A stretch of 24,000 bases of DNA from Achromobacter phage JWAlpha: sequence record KF787095.1, one strand, 5' to 3'. A program made the translations under genes and the position numbers. The notes below the pieces were generated by a model. The model was not told the origin of the DNA. It saw only the letters and a program-made list of their open reading frames with translations, and did not search any database. Positions 20,868-24,000 of the stretch are shown piece by piece; positions within the stretch are counted from its first letter, which is position 1, and the number at the start of each line of letters is the position of its first letter.

Positions 20868-23528
20868 ATGCGTTACGTCACCTTCAACGAGAGCGGCAAT
20901 TACCCGATTGCCATCTTGGTTCCCACGATCCAGAAGAATGAGATCGTGGATGCCTATGTCACTCCCTTTGGGATCGACAAGGAAGAAGTGATGGTCCTCG
21001 ACCTTCATAATTCCCCAGGCAAGAAAGCGACTCCTGTGAAGGAGATCAAGCAGTACATCGAAGAAGTGCTCGCAGGAGTACTGATCGATGCTGGAACCAA
21101 GTACATCATCTGTGCTGATCCTGGCTACTACAAGGTGCTGGCCAAAGCCGCAAAGGCAGAGGCCAACCTTGGGTACGTGACGGAGAGTGTCATTCCTGGA
21201 ATGCACATCGTCTACGTTCCGAACTACCGGCAGATTTTTTATGATCCGCCGAAGGTTCGAGCCAAGATCAGCCAGGGCATGAGTGCCTTGGTTCATCACC
21301 GGGCTGGTGCATATCAGCCCCCTGGTTCCAACATCATCCACAGTGCGGAGTATCCGGAGACGGTGGACCAGATCAAGGCAGCACTTCAGATGCTGCTGCA
21401 CAAGAACGTCCCCTTGACGATAGACATTGAGGCGTTCGACCTGAAGCATCACAAGTCAGGTATCGGCACGATTGGCTTTGCATGGAACAAGCACGAAGGT
21501 GTCTCCTTCGCCGTGGACTATGAACCAATCGAAGGGGCTACCGAAGCTCCATTTGGCCGACAGGTTCGCAATGAGCCTGTGCGCGCATTACTGAAGGATT
21601 TCTTCCGTCAGTACATGCAGTCAGCGATCTATCACAATGCAGCATTTGACATGTACATCCTGGTCTACCAGTTGTTCATGGCCGATCTCATTGACACGGA
21701 AGGCATGCTCGAAGGATTCGAGATCATGATGCGTAATTGGCATTGCACTAAGCTGATCACGTATCTCGCCACCAACTCTTGTGCGGGCAACAAGCTGGGC
21801 CTGAAGGACCAAGCACAGGAATTTGCGGGGAACTATGCGGAGTCGGAAATCCACGACATCACACGCATCCCGCTACCGAAGCTGTTGCAGTACAACCTTG
21901 TGGACTGTCTGTCCACTTGGCACGTCTACGATAAACACTTCGGAACCATGGTTGCCGATCAGCAGTTGGATATCTACGAGACGCTGTTCAAGACAGCATC
22001 GAAGGACATCATCCAGATGCAATTGACCGGCATGCCATTGCACATGCCCACCGTTCTTCAGGTGGAAGAAGCATTGCAGGCAATCTTCGATGACGCGGTA
22101 ACGCGCATTGAGAACACCAAGTGTGTGCGGGAATATCAGTACACACTGAAAGAGCGGTACATCGAAAAGAAGCATGACGAGTGGAAGGTAAAGCGTATTA
22201 CGCTTGCAGAAGTGCCGGACAGCGTAAAGTTCAATCCACGTAGTCCGCTCCAGTTGCAGGGGCTGCTGTATGAGCAATTGGGTCTCCCAATCCTTGCCCT
22301 TACTGAAACGAAGCAACCAAGCTGCGATGGTGACACCATCGAGAAGCTGGTCCATCACACATCTGATCCAGACGTGAAAGACTTGTTATTGGCCTTGCAG
22401 GATTTCTCTGCGGTGGACAAGATACTCGGATCATTCATCCCTGCGTTCAAGGAAGCAGCTCAAGGTCCAGATGGGTGGTGGTATCTATTCGGAAACTTCG
22501 TGCTTGGTGGTACGGTGTCAGGTCGATTGAGTTCCAACAATCCGAACCTTCAGAACCTTCCGGCCAACGTCACGATGAAGATCAGTGAGTCTCTGTTGGA
22601 GGTGTTCCCCTTCCTGAAGCAATTCATGAAGAAGGGAAGTCTCTCGCTGGGCAAGCTGGTCAAGTTCTGCTTCCAGGCTCCACCTGGATGGATCTTTGCT
22701 GGGCTTGACTTCGCCTCCTTAGAGGATCGAATCTCCGCCCTGACGACTCGTGACCCGATGAAGCTGAAGGTATACACCGACGGCTATGATGGTCACTGTC
22801 TCCGTGCATACACTTACTTCGGTGAGTTGATGAACGGCATTGACCCTGACTCGGTGGCGAGCATCAATTCCATTGAGAACCTGTACAAAGACTTGCGTCA
22901 GGAGTCGAAAGCTCCGACGTTTGCTTTGACCTATCAGGGTACGTACATCACGCTGATGAAGAACTGTGGCTTCTCGGAAGATAAGGCAAAGCGAATCGAA
23001 GCTCGATACCACGAGATGTATGTGGTCAGTACCGAATGGGTGCAGGCAAGACTGGATGAAGCGGCGAAAGTCGGCTACATCACCACAGCCTTTGGATTGC
23101 GAGTTCGCACTCCCCTGCTGTATCAGGTCATCCGTGGAACCAGCAAGACGCCGTATGAGGCCGAAGCAGAAGGACGCACCGCTGGCAATGCTCTAGGGCA
23201 GGGCTGGTGTCTCCTGAATAGTCGTGCTTGGGTCGAGTTCATGGGCAAGGTACGTGCAAGCGATCAACGCTTGAACATCCGCCCGTGTGCACAGATTCAC
23301 GATGCAGGCTATGCATTGATCCGTGACGATATGGATACCGTCATGTACATGAACGAGCATCTCGTTCAGGCGGTGAACTGGAATGATCACCCTGACATTT
23401 ACCATCCAGACGTTGGTTTGGGTGGAGACGTGTCCCTGTTCTACCCCACATGGGCAAGTGAGATCACACTGCCCAACGGCGCTACCGCCGAAGAAATCGC
23501 CAACACTATCAAAGAGGCAATCGCATGA
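20868..23528 (+). CDS. Family A DNA polymerase (3'-5' exonuclease + polymerase)
   Basis: 886 aa. Exo I-like 'LTIDIEAFDL'; motif A 'WIFAGLDFASLEDRISAL'; motif B-like 'RQESKAPTFALTYQGTY'; motif C-like 'RPCAQIHDAGYALI'. Confidence 0.9.
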   Translation: MRYVTFNESGNYPIAILVPTIQKNEIVDAYVTPFGIDKEEVMVLDLHNSPGKKATPVKEIKQYIEEVLAGVLIDAGTKYIICADPGYYKVLAKAAKAEANLGYVTESVIPGMHIVYVPNYRQIFYDPPKVRAKISQGMSALVHHRAGAYQPPGSNIIHSAEYPETVDQIKAALQMLLHKNVPLTIDIEAFDLKHHKSGIGTIGFAWNKHEGVSFAVDYEPIEGATEAPFGRQVRNEPVRALLKDFFRQYMQSAIYHNAAFDMYILVYQLFMADLIDTEGMLEGFEIMMRNWHCTKLITYLATNSCAGNKLGLKDQAQEFAGNYAESEIHDITRIPLPKLLQYNLVDCLSTWHVYDKHFGTMVADQQLDIYETLFKTASKDIIQMQLTGMPLHMPTVLQVEEALQAIFDDAVTRIENTKCVREYQYTLKERYIEKKHDEWKVKRITLAEVPDSVKFNPRSPLQLQGLLYEQLGLPILALTETKQPSCDGDTIEKLVHHTSDPDVKDLLLALQDFSAVDKILGSFIPAFKEAAQGPDGWWYLFGNFVLGGTVSGRLSSNNPNLQNLPANVTMKISESLLEVFPFLKQFMKKGSLSLGKLVKFCFQAPPGWIFAGLDFASLEDRISALTTRDPMKLKVYTDGYDGHCLRAYTYFGELMNGIDPDSVASINSIENLYKDLRQESKAPTFALTYQGTYITLMKNCGFSEDKAKRIEARYHEMYVVSTEWVQARLDEAAKVGYITTAFGLRVRTPLLYQVIRGTSKTPYEAEAEGRTAGNALGQGWCLLNSRAWVEFMGKVRASDQRLNIRPCAQIHDAGYALIRDDMDTVMYMNEHLVQAVNWNDHPDIYHPDVGLGGDVSLFYPTWASEITLPNGATAEEIANTIKEAIA

Positions 23529-23947
23529 CCAAGAAAACCGATACCAACGCCGCCAACACTCCGGTGAAGAAGCATCACTGGCTGTTCGCAGCTCAGGTGG
23601 TGTTCCACGTCGCCAAGGAAGGCCAACCGGCCACCGATGGCGGCGCTCTGCTGCTGAACGGTCTGGTGCTGACCGACGACAAGCAAATCGCCATGGCCGA
23701 TCTGGCTCGTGCGCAGATGACTGCCGTGTCGAACCTGAACGAACGCTTCAAGGGCCAGAACGTCGAAGTCATCGACTGCGTGTTCATGAGCTTCAGCCAC
23801 CTGGGCTTCATGTCCCAGCCGGAATACGCCAAGACGCCGGAAGGCCAAGCCCTGATCAAGACCGAAGTGCCGGTCAATCCCGCCGAACGTCCCGAAGCCA
23901 AGCTGACGCTGGTGAAGACGGAAGGCGATCCGGTCTCCGGGGACTGA
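23525..23947 (+). CDS. Hypothetical protein, 140 aa
   Basis: Overlaps the polymerase stop (ATGA), conserved operon layout. Confidence 0.75.
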   Translation: MTKKTDTNAANTPVKKHHWLFAAQVVFHVAKEGQPATDGGALLLNGLVLTDDKQIAMADLARAQMTAVSNLNERFKGQNVEVIDCVFMSFSHLGFMSQPEYAKTPEGQALIKTEVPVNPAERPEAKLTLVKTEGDPVSGD

Positions 23948-23949
23948 TC

Positions 23950-24000
23950 ATGGCTGCGGAGAACTCCGGTGGCCGGGTGAACTATTACCTGGTCGAAGTG
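23950..24000 (+). CDS. Hypothetical protein, N-terminal fragment cut by window end
   Basis: ATG at 23950, MAAENSGGRVNYYLVEV..., no stop before the window end. Confidence 0.55.
   Translation, partial: MAAENSGGRVNYYLVEV

Noticed and set aside
1-24000. CRISPR array, retron or transposon
   Set aside because: I saw no regularly spaced direct repeats, reverse transcriptase, transposase or integrase, or terminal inverted repeats. Hairpins in the 10-11 kb block differ in sequence and are not spaced as a CRISPR array.

Overview
This window looks like part of a large, GC-rich tailed-phage genome. I could not run any database search, so family names rest on motifs I can see. Essentially all coding is on the + strand, with short or ATGA/TAATG-overlapping junctions. 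From left to right it holds: (1) the 3' part of a virion-like protein with tandem Ig-like (Big_2) repeats, then a terminator; (2) small accessory ORFs, including an HNH endonuclease, a Lar-like zinc-ribbon protein and a secreted Gly/Asn/Gln/Ser-rich protein; (3) a MoxR-like AAA+ ATPase and HExxH+VWA protein pair with two small ORFs between them; (4) a dCTP deaminase-like gene and small Cys-rich ORFs; (5) a roughly 1.1 kb non-coding block (about 10.1-11.1 kb) packed with hairpins and at least three or four atypical tRNA-like elements; (6) thioredoxin, a ThyX-like protein, rIIA-like and rIIB-like proteins, an HTH protein, a MazG-like protein, an SF1 helicase and a family A DNA polymerase. The most unusual items are the atypical tRNA/structured-RNA block, the MoxR/metallopeptidase-VWA cassette, the secreted low-complexity protein, and the out-of-frame overlap of the HTH and MazG-like ORFs. 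I also propose two small ORFs missing from the supplied track (8971..9117 and 9916..10074).
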